DNA from: an uncultured Methanosarcinales archaeon
GTDB taxonomy: Archaea; Nanobdellota; Nanobdellia; Woesearchaeales; CAZPJY01
Length of the DNA: 47,609 nucleotides
Reading direction: 5' to 3'
Assembly: GCA_964587045.1 (NCBI GenBank)
Contig: CAZPJY010000010.1
Coordinates: 1 to 47,609 of the forward strand
The notes under the pieces are model-generated. The model saw nothing but the letters and a program-made list of their open reading frames with translations. It was not told the DNA's origin and searched no databases. Below, piece after piece: positions 8,893 through 18,795 of the stretch (position 1 is the stretch's first letter; the number at the start of each line of letters is the position of its first letter). The position numbers were made by a program, and so were the translations under genes.

Positions 8893-9870
8893 ATGCTCAA
8901 ATGGGTTCGAAGGAATAGAAGGGCGTTAATGGGTATAGGAACCCTTATCATCTTCATAGCGACTATTCTGGTCGCTGCTGTTGCGGCGGGTGTTCTGATA
9001 TCGACCTCCAATGTCTTGCAGCAGAGAGCACTCCTGACAGGACAGGAGGTGCGAAAGCGCGTCACCAACAGTATTCAGGTGATATCTATTCTCGCAGGTG
9101 GCAACTCCACTTCTGAGGAAATAAATGACTTCGAGATACTCATAAGGCTTGAGGCAGGCTCTGATCCCGTGCAGATGAAGAAGTTTGATATCCAGTGGAT
9201 ATCTCCCCAGCATGATGCTGCTGCCAGCCTCCAAGATCCAGAGCTCGATACAACCTTCATTACGATTGGGCTCGTTTCCAACAATTCCTATACCAACTTC
9301 GGAGACCTTGATGATGACGGCAGGACTGATAGCGTCACCATCATAACCCCTTACTCCAGCACATGCTGTGGGTGGAACAGCACGGACGACGACGCCCTGC
9401 AGTTCAACATTTCAGGCTATGGAATCTCAGATCCTGTCGACCTCGGCTATGACCTCTCGACCGGTTCGAATGTGACTTTCAGTCCACCTACCTATGAGGA
9501 GGCGATTGTGACCAGCGACGGCCATGTGTTGGGGTTCGTAACTGTCGATGGCTACTCAGGCACAACGGCCAATCAGCTGGATGCCTCTGCCAACATCACC
9601 ATCAAGAGATTCCCTGACATATGCGACTTCGACCATGTCATACCTGAGGACTATTACTGCGTTGAGGTAATGCACGGCAACACTGACACGGTCCTTGATT
9701 CAGGAGAGAGGTTCAAGCTTATTTACAAGGTTCTACCAGCAAATGTTCTCGGAATCAATGAGGAGTTCCAGTTCATATTCACGGCTGAGAAAGGCAGGTT
9801 GTCTGAGGTCAGAGCGAGGACGCCTGATGTAATCGTTACAAGGAAGGTCAGCCTCTGGCCGCTTGGATAA
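8893..9870 (+). CDS. flaB: Archaellin (ArlB/FlaB), divergent paralog
   Basis: Class III signal peptide [34 protein letters not shown] motif, C-terminal RTPDVI. Confidence 0.92.
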   Translation: MLKWVRRNRRALMGIGTLIIFIATILVAAVAAGVLISTSNVLQQRALLTGQEVRKRVTNSIQVISILAGGNSTSEEINDFEILIRLEAGSDPVQMKKFDIQWISPQHDAAASLQDPELDTTFITIGLVSNNSYTNFGDLDDDGRTDSVTIITPYSSTCCGWNSTDDDALQFNISGYGISDPVDLGYDLSTGSNVTFSPPTYEEAIVTSDGHVLGFVTVDGYSGTTANQLDASANITIKRFPDICDFDHVIPEDYYCVEVMHGNTDTVLDSGERFKLIYKVLPANVLGINEEFQFIFTAEKGRLSEVRARTPDVIVTRKVSLWPLG

Positions 9871-9954
9871 AGCTTTCTCATTCTGGGATAGTAACTAACT
9901 TTTTTATAGTCTCTAGGGCATATTTTATCTCAATAGCTACAGGTGTAAATTTTT

Positions 9955-11331
9955 ATGGCTGATGAGACCCCGGAAAAGAATTCTGACCATTACGATGAGC
10001 TGAACCAGGCCATCGGCAAGATTCAGGATGCCGCCAAGAAAAACCGAGAGGGGAAGGCGTCAGAACCAGAGCAACCAAAGGAAGGTGCTGAGCCACCCAA
10101 GGAAGGGCCTGGTAAAGCAACTCCAAAAGAAGGCAGCGGGCAGCCAGCAGAAACACCCAAAGAGGAGGCCCCACCCGTGGGAAAGGAGGAGCCTAAGGCT
10201 GAGCCTGAAGGTAAGGCTGAAAAGGAACCCGGACCCACAATAGCAGAGGCTGAAAAAACCAAAGCATCCCTGTTTGATGACAAGAAGTTCGACGGGCTAA
10301 AGGACCTAAAAGAGAAGGAGCTGACTCCATCCAGCGAGGTTGTAAAAACAGAGGGTGCAACCCGGACTGACCCGGCACTGGCTGAGGGAGAGAGCAACAT
10401 TGTTGCACCCCAGCGCAACGAGCCGGATGAGAGGATGCTCAACCTGATACTTGAGCAGATCAAGGAATTAATTTCAATCGATGATGACCTCAACAAGAAG
10501 ATAAAAGAGATCAATGACAAGATTACCAAGGAGGCAACAGGAGCGCACGAGACCAAGCGCAAGGTTGAGGGTTTCGATGAGAGGATAAGCCTCATCGAGA
10601 AGAACATGCAGAGGTTCATGGCCCTGTACGAGGTCGTGACCGACCAGTTCAACCCCTTCTCTGCAAGCTCTGATGAGGATAGTCCTGGAGTGCCCCGCAT
10701 GGAGGAAAGGTTGGAAAAGGAAGGCCTGGGTCCAGCCGTCAAGGAGGACGACATAATGGCTTCGTTCATGACTCGGCCGCCTCCACAGATGCCGCCCCCG
10801 CAACCGCCACCTCAACCGTGGGGCTACCCTCCCCAGTATCCTTACCCGCAACAGCAGGGAATCTCGCAGGAGAGCCTCATGTGGCTGTACAAGCAATTAA
10901 GGGAGGACAACAGGCGCTTCCTGCAGCAGATGACCGGGAGGAGGCCAACACTTCCCAGGCAGAAGGCTGCTTCTGCACCGCCTGATGAGACTTCAGCCAA
11001 GCTGGCCAAGGTAAAATCAGCCCTGACCCAAGCAGGGGTCTATGAGGGCCTGCCGGTTTCTACGAAGGCAAGGGACCTGATTAGGAATGTGCCTGAGGAT
11101 CAGGTCTTCAGGACGGCTGACGGCAAGGTCGCAAGGAACCTGCTCGAACTGCTTGACATCATCGCTGTCAGCCCAGACGAATTCTTCAAGGCGCACATAA
11201 ATGACGAACGCAACGACGTCGCTGAGTGGATTGAAGGAACTTACAAGGACCATGAGCTTGCTGCAAAGATCAGGTCGATAAATTCCAAAGAACAGCTTCT
11301 GCTCCTCTTAGAAGGCAAGCTGAAAGGTTAG
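9955..11331 (+). CDS. ArlC/FlaC-like archaellum accessory protein with low-complexity N-terminus and C-terminal DUF5752-like domain
   Basis: Coiled coil ending IEKNMQRFMALYEVVTDQFNPF (ArlC-type motif); P/Q-rich linker; C-terminal VPEDQVFRTADGKVARNLLEL..HINDERNDVAEWI. Confidence 0.7.
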   Translation: MADETPEKNSDHYDELNQAIGKIQDAAKKNREGKASEPEQPKEGAEPPKEGPGKATPKEGSGQPAETPKEEAPPVGKEEPKAEPEGKAEKEPGPTIAEAEKTKASLFDDKKFDGLKDLKEKELTPSSEVVKTEGATRTDPALAEGESNIVAPQRNEPDERMLNLILEQIKELISIDDDLNKKIKEINDKITKEATGAHETKRKVEGFDERISLIEKNMQRFMALYEVVTDQFNPFSASSDEDSPGVPRMEERLEKEGLGPAVKEDDIMASFMTRPPPQMPPPQPPPQPWGYPPQYPYPQQQGISQESLMWLYKQLREDNRRFLQQMTGRRPTLPRQKAASAPPDETSAKLAKVKSALTQAGVYEGLPVSTKARDLIRNVPEDQVFRTADGKVARNLLELLDIIAVSPDEFFKAHINDERNDVAEWIEGTYKDHELAAKIRSINSKEQLLLLLEGKLKG

Positions 11332-11334
11332 GAT

Positions 11335-11934
11335 TCACTTCCTGGCCCTATAAAGCACCTTCTTTTCGAACGGCACTTCCTTGAACAGGTCTGAGAACGC
11401 CCGGGTGAGTGGCGATTCCCAGTGCTCGAGCAAGCTTTCGATCTCATCTACAGGTATTTTGGTTGCGGCGCTGATTTCCTGGGGTGTGAAGTACTCGCCT
11501 GCCTTGTTGCTGAGGAATGAAATAATCTGGTCAGACTTCTTGGTGTCAATCCAAAAACCCTTTGACAAGAACTTGTTTACGGCCCTCCTGACAGTCGGGT
11601 TCCTGCTCACAAAGATGACTGATGGGGTGATGATGCGCTGCTTGTTGCCGGCATATGACATTTGAGTCTCTATCAGTCCTGCGTCCTGGAGCTTGTTGAT
11701 GTTTTCGTGGATGGTCGAGGAGGAGTGTCCGATTTTTTCCTTGACCCGTGACGGGGTGGTGTTGCCCTCCATGGTGAGGACCTTCATTATCTCGCGGGGG
11801 ATCAGCTGGGACCAGAGTTCTATGATTTTCGCCTTAAGCTCTGGGTCTGTTGAAGGGGGATAGATATCGAGGATGGTGTTGCTGCCCTCATCATAGTAGG
11901 CGATATTTTCCATTAGCTTGACTTTGGCCAGCAT
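11335..11934 (-). CDS. Winged-helix (ArsR-like) transcriptional regulator, probably with a second C-terminal wHTH
   Basis: TPSRVKEKIGHSSSTIHENINKLQDAGLIET and FTPQEISAATKIPVDEIESLL; divergent from the arlF/G-H-I-J genes. Confidence 0.8.
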   Translation of the reverse strand: MLAKVKLMENIAYYDEGSNTILDIYPPSTDPELKAKIIELWSQLIPREIMKVLTMEGNTTPSRVKEKIGHSSSTIHENINKLQDAGLIETQMSYAGNKQRIITPSVIFVSRNPTVRRAVNKFLSKGFWIDTKKSDQIISFLSNKAGEYFTPQEISAATKIPVDEIESLLEHWESPLTRAFSDLFKEVPFEKKVLYRARK

Positions 11935-11956
11935 CCTATTTAAACGTTTTGATTTA

Positions 11957-11971
11957 TTCGGAAAAACCGAA
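11957..11971. promoter_or_regulatory. Palindrome TTCGG-N5-CCGAA next to a BRE-TATA
   Basis: Perfect 5-bp inverted repeat between the divergent regulator and the arlF/G gene, just upstream of CGAAAGGTATATATA. Confidence 0.45.
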
Positions 11972-12040
11972 AAACCGAAAGGTATATATATTAGTATTCA
12001 AATATGTATACTGGTAGAGTTAAATAGTTAGGGAGGCACA

Positions 12041-12505
12041 ATGGGATTCGGCACAATAGTGGCTCAGATCATCATGTTCATTTCGATAATCAGCCTAGCC
12101 ACTGGGATGGTCATGGTCTTCAAGAACTACGTCGACGACTCATCCGGCTCCCTCAACGAGCAGATGCAGTCGACATCCAACCGCATCCGGACTGATATCA
12201 CCATAACCAACGTTAATTTCGACAACACGACCAACCACACCACGCTCAATGTCCTCAACACAGGCAAGACCTCCCTAAACACAGACTACATCGATGTGTA
12301 CCTGGACAGGATGATGATACCGAGGAACACGACTTACAGGAACATCACCGTCGAGCCCAGCACGGAGGTGAAGAACACAGGGATATGGGACCCAAACGAG
12401 GTCCTTGAGATAGTGGTGCTCGACCACTACCTTGACAAGGACGACCACTCGGTCGATGTGATAACGGAGTATGGGACAGGAGACACGGAGACCTTCTCCG
12501 TTTAG
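12041..12505 (+). CDS. Archaellum stator protein, ArlF/ArlG (FlaF/FlaG) family
   Basis: N-terminal TM MGFGTIVAQIIMFISIISLATG, VLNTGKTSL, IDVYLD, WDPNEVLEI; directly upstream of arlH. Confidence 0.85.
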   Translation: MGFGTIVAQIIMFISIISLATGMVMVFKNYVDDSSGSLNEQMQSTSNRIRTDITITNVNFDNTTNHTTLNVLNTGKTSLNTDYIDVYLDRMMIPRNTTYRNITVEPSTEVKNTGIWDPNEVLEIVVLDHYLDKDDHSVDVITEYGTGDTETFSV

Positions 12506-12516
12506 GGGGTGAGCTA

Positions 12517-13215
12517 ATGACAGAACTGCGATCGATAGTGCTTCGGAGGGACGAGCTCAACAGGAGCATAGGAGGAGGCCTGCCGACAAAGTCGCTCATC
12601 CTAATCGAGGGCAAGGACGGGGCAGGCAAGAGCATCCTCGTGCAGCGTCTTGCCTTCGGCCTGTTGCAGAACAACGTCAAGGTAACATACATATCGACAG
12701 AGCTGACGACCCAGGACTTCATCGAGCAGATGATATCCCTGGACTACGACATCAAGTACCACCTCCTGGAAGACAAGCTGCTTTTCCTGCCCATGTTCCC
12801 CTTCCTGGGAAATGTCACGCTCAGGGAGAACTTCATGGACAGGCTCCTTCACACCCCCAAGATATTCGAAAAGGAAGTGATAATCTTTGACACACTATCC
12901 TTCCTGCTGATAAACGACTCCATGCCTGACGACAAAAGCTTTGAGATCATAAGGATATTCAAGAAGCTCACGAGTTCGGGCAAAACCATCATAGTCAACG
13001 TAGACCCCGACCACTTAAATTCACGCCTCCTCACCTTGCTCAGGGCGGTCTCAGATGTCTACTTCAGCGTTGAGGTCAAGACGTTTGCGGGCGCCCTGGT
13101 CAGGGTCATCAACGTTCTCAGATTCAAGAGGCCCGGGGAAAACGTGCTTTCCGCAATACCATTCAAGGTGGAGACAGGCAAGGGCCTGGCAATAGAGATA
13201 GCATCATTCAGCTGA
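12517..13215 (+). CDS. flaH: Archaellum KaiC-like ATP-binding protein ArlH
   Basis: ELNRSIGGGLP, Walker A GKDGAGKS, YISTELT, IIFDTLS, FKVETGKGLAIEI. Confidence 0.95.
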   Translation: MTELRSIVLRRDELNRSIGGGLPTKSLILIEGKDGAGKSILVQRLAFGLLQNNVKVTYISTELTTQDFIEQMISLDYDIKYHLLEDKLLFLPMFPFLGNVTLRENFMDRLLHTPKIFEKEVIIFDTLSFLLINDSMPDDKSFEIIRIFKKLTSSGKTIIVNVDPDHLNSRLLTLLRAVSDVYFSVEVKTFAGALVRVINVLRFKRPGENVLSAIPFKVETGKGLAIEIASFS

Positions 13216-13221
13216 TGACGC

Positions 13222-14862
13222 ATGAGGAAGAAGCCACCAGTAACCAAGACCTTGAACCAGGCGATGGTCAAATTCCCCCACATGAGGAAGTATTTGGCCA
13301 AGGTCCGCCGTGAGATCGGCGAGCCGGAGTACCATGTGACCCTCGATCGGGAGATGGGGAAGATCGATTATCCTAACATCATCTACCCGGTCGGAGATCC
13401 GCTCTTCATCCATATCTTCCGCAAGAAGGGCATGCCCATTATGTACCATGTGATCGAGCCTGAGATGGATGAGGAGACGCAGGCCATCAACCAAAAGATC
13501 ATGGACCGCATGATAGAGATAGCTCACCGCCTGCCTGTGCCTGACAAGATAGAGGACGCAAGCGAGATACTGCTCAACATAATGGACCAGGTTGTGGAGG
13601 TCTCTGAGAAGAAGAGTTTCCTAGCCGAGGCCTTGTCGGGCAGCTCCAAGCTGCACGTGACGCAGAAGCAGTACGACATCATCAAGTACTTCCTCTTGAG
13701 GAACCGCGTCGGATTCCACAAGCTCGAACCCATGTTCAACGACCCCTACTTGGAGGATATCCACTGCACAGGCGTAGGCACGCTGACCGCCATCCACAAG
13801 GTGTTCAAGGCCATCCACACCAACATAGAGTTCAGAAACGACCTGGAGCTGAACAAGTACATCCTCGAGACCAGCGAGCGTGTGGAGAGGCCTGTTTCAG
13901 ACGCCCATTCGGTGGTGGATGCGATGATGCCTGACGGGTCTCGTGTGAACTTCATATACGGCAGGGAGATATCGCTGGAAGGCTCGAGCTTCACAGTGCG
14001 AAAGTTCTCTGAAGTGCCGGTGTCAATCACCCAGATCATCAAGTGGGGGACCATGAGCTCAGAGCTCGCAGCCTACATATGGCTCGCGCTCGAGAACGGC
14101 ATGAACATGTTCGTGTGCGGCGAGACCGCTTCGGGGAAGACCACTTCACTCAACGCGTGCTGCGTGTTCATCAAGCCCGACTCCAAGATATACAGCGTGG
14201 AGAACACTCCCGAGGTTACCATGCCCCACGACACCTGGCAGCACCTGATAACGCGCGAGGCTGGAAAAGCAACTGATGTCACCATGTTCGACCTGCTGAT
14301 AGCGGCGTTGCGAAGCCGTCCCAACTACATCATAGTAGGAGAGATAAGGGGTGCGGAAGGAAACGTGGCGTTCCAGGCCATGCAGACCGGCCACCCTGTC
14401 GTCAGCACCTTCCACGCCGGCAGCCCGCACTCCATGATCCAGCGTCTCACAGGCCACCCCATCGACGTGCCGATAGCGTTCATCGACAACCTGAATATCG
14501 TGCTCATCCAGCAGGCTGTGTCGGTCGAAGGCCACCTTGTCAGGCGTGTCCTGTCGGTGACAGAGATAGAGCGGTACTACGACCTTGAGAAGAAGGTCAT
14601 TACCAGGCAGGTTTTCGGCTGGGACCCAGTGAACGATGAGCAGCGCTTCCGCGGCCTTTACAACAGCTACATACTTGAGAAGAAGATCGCCACGATGAAA
14701 GGGCTGGAGGACACGCGTGACATCTACGGCGAGCTGGAGACCAGGAGGAAGATCCTGGACGCGATGGTCGAGCACAAGATCTTCAACTACTATGACGTAT
14801 GGGAAATTATCAAGAAGTTCTACTCTGAAGGCTTGGAAGGTCTGCCGTTCGAGGTATCATGA
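13222..14862 (+). CDS. flaI: Archaellum motor ATPase ArlI
   Basis: YPVGDPLFIHI, DPYLEDIHCTG, GETASGKTT, LRSRPNYIIVGEIRG, AFQAMQTGH. Confidence 0.96.
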   Translation: MRKKPPVTKTLNQAMVKFPHMRKYLAKVRREIGEPEYHVTLDREMGKIDYPNIIYPVGDPLFIHIFRKKGMPIMYHVIEPEMDEETQAINQKIMDRMIEIAHRLPVPDKIEDASEILLNIMDQVVEVSEKKSFLAEALSGSSKLHVTQKQYDIIKYFLLRNRVGFHKLEPMFNDPYLEDIHCTGVGTLTAIHKVFKAIHTNIEFRNDLELNKYILETSERVERPVSDAHSVVDAMMPDGSRVNFIYGREISLEGSSFTVRKFSEVPVSITQIIKWGTMSSELAAYIWLALENGMNMFVCGETASGKTTSLNACCVFIKPDSKIYSVENTPEVTMPHDTWQHLITREAGKATDVTMFDLLIAALRSRPNYIIVGEIRGAEGNVAFQAMQTGHPVVSTFHAGSPHSMIQRLTGHPIDVPIAFIDNLNIVLIQQAVSVEGHLVRRVLSVTEIERYYDLEKKVITRQVFGWDPVNDEQRFRGLYNSYILEKKIATMKGLEDTRDIYGELETRRKILDAMVEHKIFNYYDVWEIIKKFYSEGLEGLPFEVS

Positions 14863-16532
14863 TGGAGAAGGCCATAGGATCCCTGGGTTTTGAGAGCGTG
14901 AACGAGTTCTTCCTCAAGCTGGCTCTCCCGGTATTCGTTCTGTGCCTGGGTCTTTTCTTCGTGACGCTCACCCTGCTGCAGCTGCCCCCGTTCGTATCGT
15001 ACGTGTTCCTACTGGCCGGAATCGGCTTTGTCTTCGGCTATCCCTACATCATGTTCGAGCGAAAGAAGGTAAACATCCACGAAAACATCCACCTGTTCAT
15101 AACATACGCAGGGACCATATCGACTGTCCACCTCAACAGAGCGATGTTCTTCAAGAGGATCTCCAGCGGGGAGAAGTACGGCGAGATATCCAAGGCCGCG
15201 GAAAAGATACTCTACCTGGCCAAGGCATGGAACCTCGGGTTTGCGAAGACCTGCAGGAAGATTGCCCGCTACAGCCCATCGCACATATTTGCGGATTTCC
15301 TGGACAGGTTCGCGGCAGTCCTCGATTTCGGCGAGGACCTGGAGGTCTTCCTCATGACTGAGCAGGATGCTGTCATGGACGACTATGAGAACGAGTACAA
15401 GCAGTCCCTCCAAAACATCGGCATGCTCAGGGAGGTGTTCATCGCGATGACCATCTCGATCGCATTTGCGATGTCGGCCGCGCTGCTGCTCCCCCTTATC
15501 ATGGGTATATCAATCATCGTGGTGGTGAAGTACTGCCTGCTGGGGCTGCTTATTACTGACGGCATACTAATAACCTTGATCAAGGGATTCATCCCCAGCG
15601 ACAGGATCTGCTCGAGCCTCAAGATCAAGGATGAGGGCACCAAGAAGATCTACAAGACCTTATACATCGTTTTCCCGATAAGCGTAGGTCTCCTGCTGGG
15701 CATGCTGTACATCAACAAGCTCCCCTTCCTGATAAACCTCGCAATAGGGATAACCCCCCTGGTGGTCGTCGGCATCTACGCTGTGCAGGAAGAGGAGGCG
15801 GTCTTCAAGAGGGACCGGGCCTTTCCGGCCTTCATCAGGGCGCTCGGCGGCACGATAGAGGTCAGGCAGGGTGGCGTCATCTCCAGCATCGGGGCCTTGC
15901 GCGTGCACGACTTCGGAGCCCTGAACGAGATGATGATTCATCTATACAGGCGGCTTAGGCTGGGCAGCGAGCGCTTCAAGTCCTGGATGTACTTTGCGGC
16001 TGAGACAGGGAGCAACCTGATCAACTACTTCATACACATCTTCGCAGAGTCGGTGTACCTTGGCGGCAACGCGGAGAAGGTGGGGCAGATCATCAGCAAG
16101 AACTTCATGCGCCTTCTTTCCATGAGGAAGCTGAGGCTCCAGCTGGCCTCGGGCCTGAGGGGCGCCCTTTACGGAGCGCTCGTGGGCTTCACGGCGACCA
16201 TCTACCTCAGCACTTCCATCACCTCATTGCTAACCAGGATGTTCACGGACGCGATGTCAGCCTCGCAGATTGAGGGCTCGATGGGAGGGCTGGTCGAGGC
16301 GGTCCTTCCTGCGATGCCTGCTGTCAACATGGTCACTGTCGACCTTTATATGGGTATAATGATTATCATCCACGCCTTCGTCTCGGCCATGATTCTCAAG
16401 CTCGTGGACGGCGGCAATAAGTTCGCTTCCCTGTTCGACTTCACTCTTATGATATGGATAGGCGCAGTGCTAAGCTGGGTGATTCCGCGCATGGCATTTT
16501 CGATGTTTGGCCCCATGCTCGGAGGTGCGTGA
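14859..16532 (+). CDS. flaJ: Archaellum platform membrane protein ArlJ
   Basis: Polytopic membrane protein overlapping arlI (ATGA); FADFLDRFA, FPAFIRALG, HDFGAL, ETGSNLI, VDGG. Confidence 0.95.
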   Translation: MMEKAIGSLGFESVNEFFLKLALPVFVLCLGLFFVTLTLLQLPPFVSYVFLLAGIGFVFGYPYIMFERKKVNIHENIHLFITYAGTISTVHLNRAMFFKRISSGEKYGEISKAAEKILYLAKAWNLGFAKTCRKIARYSPSHIFADFLDRFAAVLDFGEDLEVFLMTEQDAVMDDYENEYKQSLQNIGMLREVFIAMTISIAFAMSAALLLPLIMGISIIVVVKYCLLGLLITDGILITLIKGFIPSDRICSSLKIKDEGTKKIYKTLYIVFPISVGLLLGMLYINKLPFLINLAIGITPLVVVGIYAVQEEEAVFKRDRAFPAFIRALGGTIEVRQGGVISSIGALRVHDFGALNEMMIHLYRRLRLGSERFKSWMYFAAETGSNLINYFIHIFAESVYLGGNAEKVGQIISKNFMRLLSMRKLRLQLASGLRGALYGALVGFTATIYLSTSITSLLTRMFTDAMSASQIEGSMGGLVEAVLPAMPAVNMVTVDLYMGIMIIIHAFVSAMILKLVDGGNKFASLFDFTLMIWIGAVLSWVIPRMAFSMFGPMLGGA

Positions 16533-16688
16533 GCATGGATTATAGAGGAGAGTTTTCACCCGGGTTTTGTAGTGAATATATAAAGGAAACAGAAAAGTTT
16601 ATATATTACCGATACTGATATACGGTATTGTATATTAAATGTGGGAATAGTAACCATAATTCGCCTTAATAATTGCAGAGGTGCTAAC

Positions 16689-17612
16689 ATGATAGGACGT
16701 GGGAAAAAGGCAGAGATGGGCGTCGGGACACTTATTGTATTTATCGCAATGCTTCTTGTTGCTGCTGTGGCGGCAGGGGTGTTGATATCGACGGCCAACA
16801 GCTTACAGGAAAGGGCGCTTGCGACCGGCCAACAGGCTGAGGGGCAGATTGCCACTCATGCGATTGTTGTCGAGGTGAGCGCCAATAACGGACAGAATGG
16901 AGATGTAGAGAATTTCGCTTCAATCATGAAGCTTGCTGCTGGGTCGGACCCGATCAAGCTCGATGATGTGCTGTTCACCTTCAACACAGTGCAGAAGACC
17001 GCGACTCTCAAGTATGCGGGGACAGAAGCGACCACCAACAATGACTACTCAGGCTACTTCACCCTTAAGGAGTTCGATGTGGACGGCGACGTTGACAATG
17101 CAGCCTGGGTAGAGATTGGAGACTGGGACCTTGATCAGGCAATGGATTACATCCAGGTCGCACAGGACAATGCCTTCCAGTTCAACTTCAGCACTGATGG
17201 CCTCGTGACCACCACCAACATAACAGATCTGGACCTCACTGCTGTTGACACAATCCAGAACGCAACAGGCACGCTGTACAGCGCTGCGGACAACTCCGAG
17301 CTGGGTCAGATCAACTTGGCTGCATACATCTACGCGGCCTCGACTGTGTACAACAACCAGTCATTCAATCTGACTCCTGCTAACGAAGGCCAGGGTTACT
17401 TTGCTGTTGAGTACATCCAGCAAGGCACCAACTTCAGGGCGGGCAACCTGCAGCGTGGCGACATAGTCAAGCTGTACTACGAGGCGCCAGAGGAGATCAA
17501 CGAGGATGAGGAAATCAGGCTGAACTTCATCCCCAAGATCGGCACGACGACTCTGACCAAGTTCGTGACACCTGATGTCATCGCGGTGGAGCGCGTCTAC
17601 CTTTATCCGTAA
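16689..17612 (+). CDS. flaB: Archaellin (ArlB/FlaB)
   Basis: ATG 16689 after GAGGTG RBS (the track start at 16641 is probably too early); [36 protein letters not shown]. Confidence 0.93.
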   Translation: MIGRGKKAEMGVGTLIVFIAMLLVAAVAAGVLISTANSLQERALATGQQAEGQIATHAIVVEVSANNGQNGDVENFASIMKLAAGSDPIKLDDVLFTFNTVQKTATLKYAGTEATTNNDYSGYFTLKEFDVDGDVDNAAWVEIGDWDLDQAMDYIQVAQDNAFQFNFSTDGLVTTTNITDLDLTAVDTIQNATGTLYSAADNSELGQINLAAYIYAASTVYNNQSFNLTPANEGQGYFAVEYIQQGTNFRAGNLQRGDIVKLYYEAPEEINEDEEIRLNFIPKIGTTTLTKFVTPDVIAVERVYLYP

Positions 17613-17618
17613 AACCCA

Positions 17619-17647
17619 TTTTTTTCTTTTTCCCACTCCTTTTTCTT
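17619..17647 (+). terminator. Oligo-T archaeal terminator
   Basis: T-tracts right after the archaellin stop codon. Confidence 0.5.
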
Positions 17648-17797
17648 CAGGGGCAAGCAAGGGTTCCCTGACAAAATTCCCCTTTGGGCAGATGGTTGGG
17701 CTGTGCAATCCTCCTTCCTTTTCCAAAAAATATTTAAACAACTGCTCTCATAAATTAATCTACCTAGTCATAGATTAATAGGGGAGGTGGCTTTTCA

Positions 17798-18709
17798 ATG
17801 TCTAGAAAGGCAGAAATGGGAGTAGGAACCCTCATTGTATTCATAGCATTTCTCCTGGTCGCAGCAGTTGCGGCAGGGGTGTTAATAAGCACAGCCAACA
17901 GCCTTCAGGAGAGGGCGCTAGCTACGGGCCAACAGGCGGAAGGTCAGATTGCATCTCACGCTCTCGTCGTTGAGGTCAGCGCGACCGACGGCCTTGACGG
18001 CACTCTCGACGACTTCACATCCATTATGAAGCTAGCATCTGGCTCTGACCCGATCAAGCTCGACGACGTGTTGTTCACCTTCAACACGGTGGACAAGACC
18101 GCAAGCCTCACTTATGCGGGCACGGACGCCACTACCAACAATGCCGTAACCGGCTACTACACTTTGAGGGAGACCGACATCGCTACTACATTCGACACGA
18201 CTACCAACGCGAGCATAGGCGACTGGGACCTGGACAAGGTAGATGACGCAGTAAGCGTAGCGAACTCAAGCCACTTGGCGTTCTATTTCAGCACTGACGG
18301 CCTTGCCTACGCTGGCGGCGCCCTTAACCTTTCTCTTGTCAATTCCACACAGGCCGTGAATGGCGCAAGCATCATCAGCGCGACCGACGGTTCCACCCTT
18401 GGGACTCTGACCCTCGACGCATACATCTACACTGCGAACACGATACAGGACAACCAGACCTGCAATGTGACCCCTGCAAAGGAGGGTGACGGGTTCTTCA
18501 GCGTGGAGTACATCCAGGAGGGCACCAACTTCAGGGCGGGCAACCTGCAGCGTGGTGACATAGTCAAGCTGTACTACGAGGCCCCCGGCTCGATTGGGGA
18601 GGATCAGGAGGTCAGGCTGAACTTCATACCCAAGATCGGCACGACTACCCTGACGGAATTCGTGACCCCGGACGTCATCGCGGTGGAGCGAGTCTATCTC
18701 TACCCATAA
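17798..18709 (+). CDS. flaB: Archaellin (ArlB/FlaB), tandem paralog
   Basis: [38 protein letters not shown]; termini nearly identical to the 16689-17612 gene. Confidence 0.94.
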   Translation: MSRKAEMGVGTLIVFIAFLLVAAVAAGVLISTANSLQERALATGQQAEGQIASHALVVEVSATDGLDGTLDDFTSIMKLASGSDPIKLDDVLFTFNTVDKTASLTYAGTDATTNNAVTGYYTLRETDIATTFDTTTNASIGDWDLDKVDDAVSVANSSHLAFYFSTDGLAYAGGALNLSLVNSTQAVNGASIISATDGSTLGTLTLDAYIYTANTIQDNQTCNVTPAKEGDGFFSVEYIQEGTNFRAGNLQRGDIVKLYYEAPGSIGEDQEVRLNFIPKIGTTTLTEFVTPDVIAVERVYLYP

Positions 18710-18795
18710 TTTTTTCTTTTATTTTTCGAAAAGTTTATATACTTCTCGCCTAATATTTTTAATATCAATCTCGACAAGCAAGAGGGGAGGTCACT

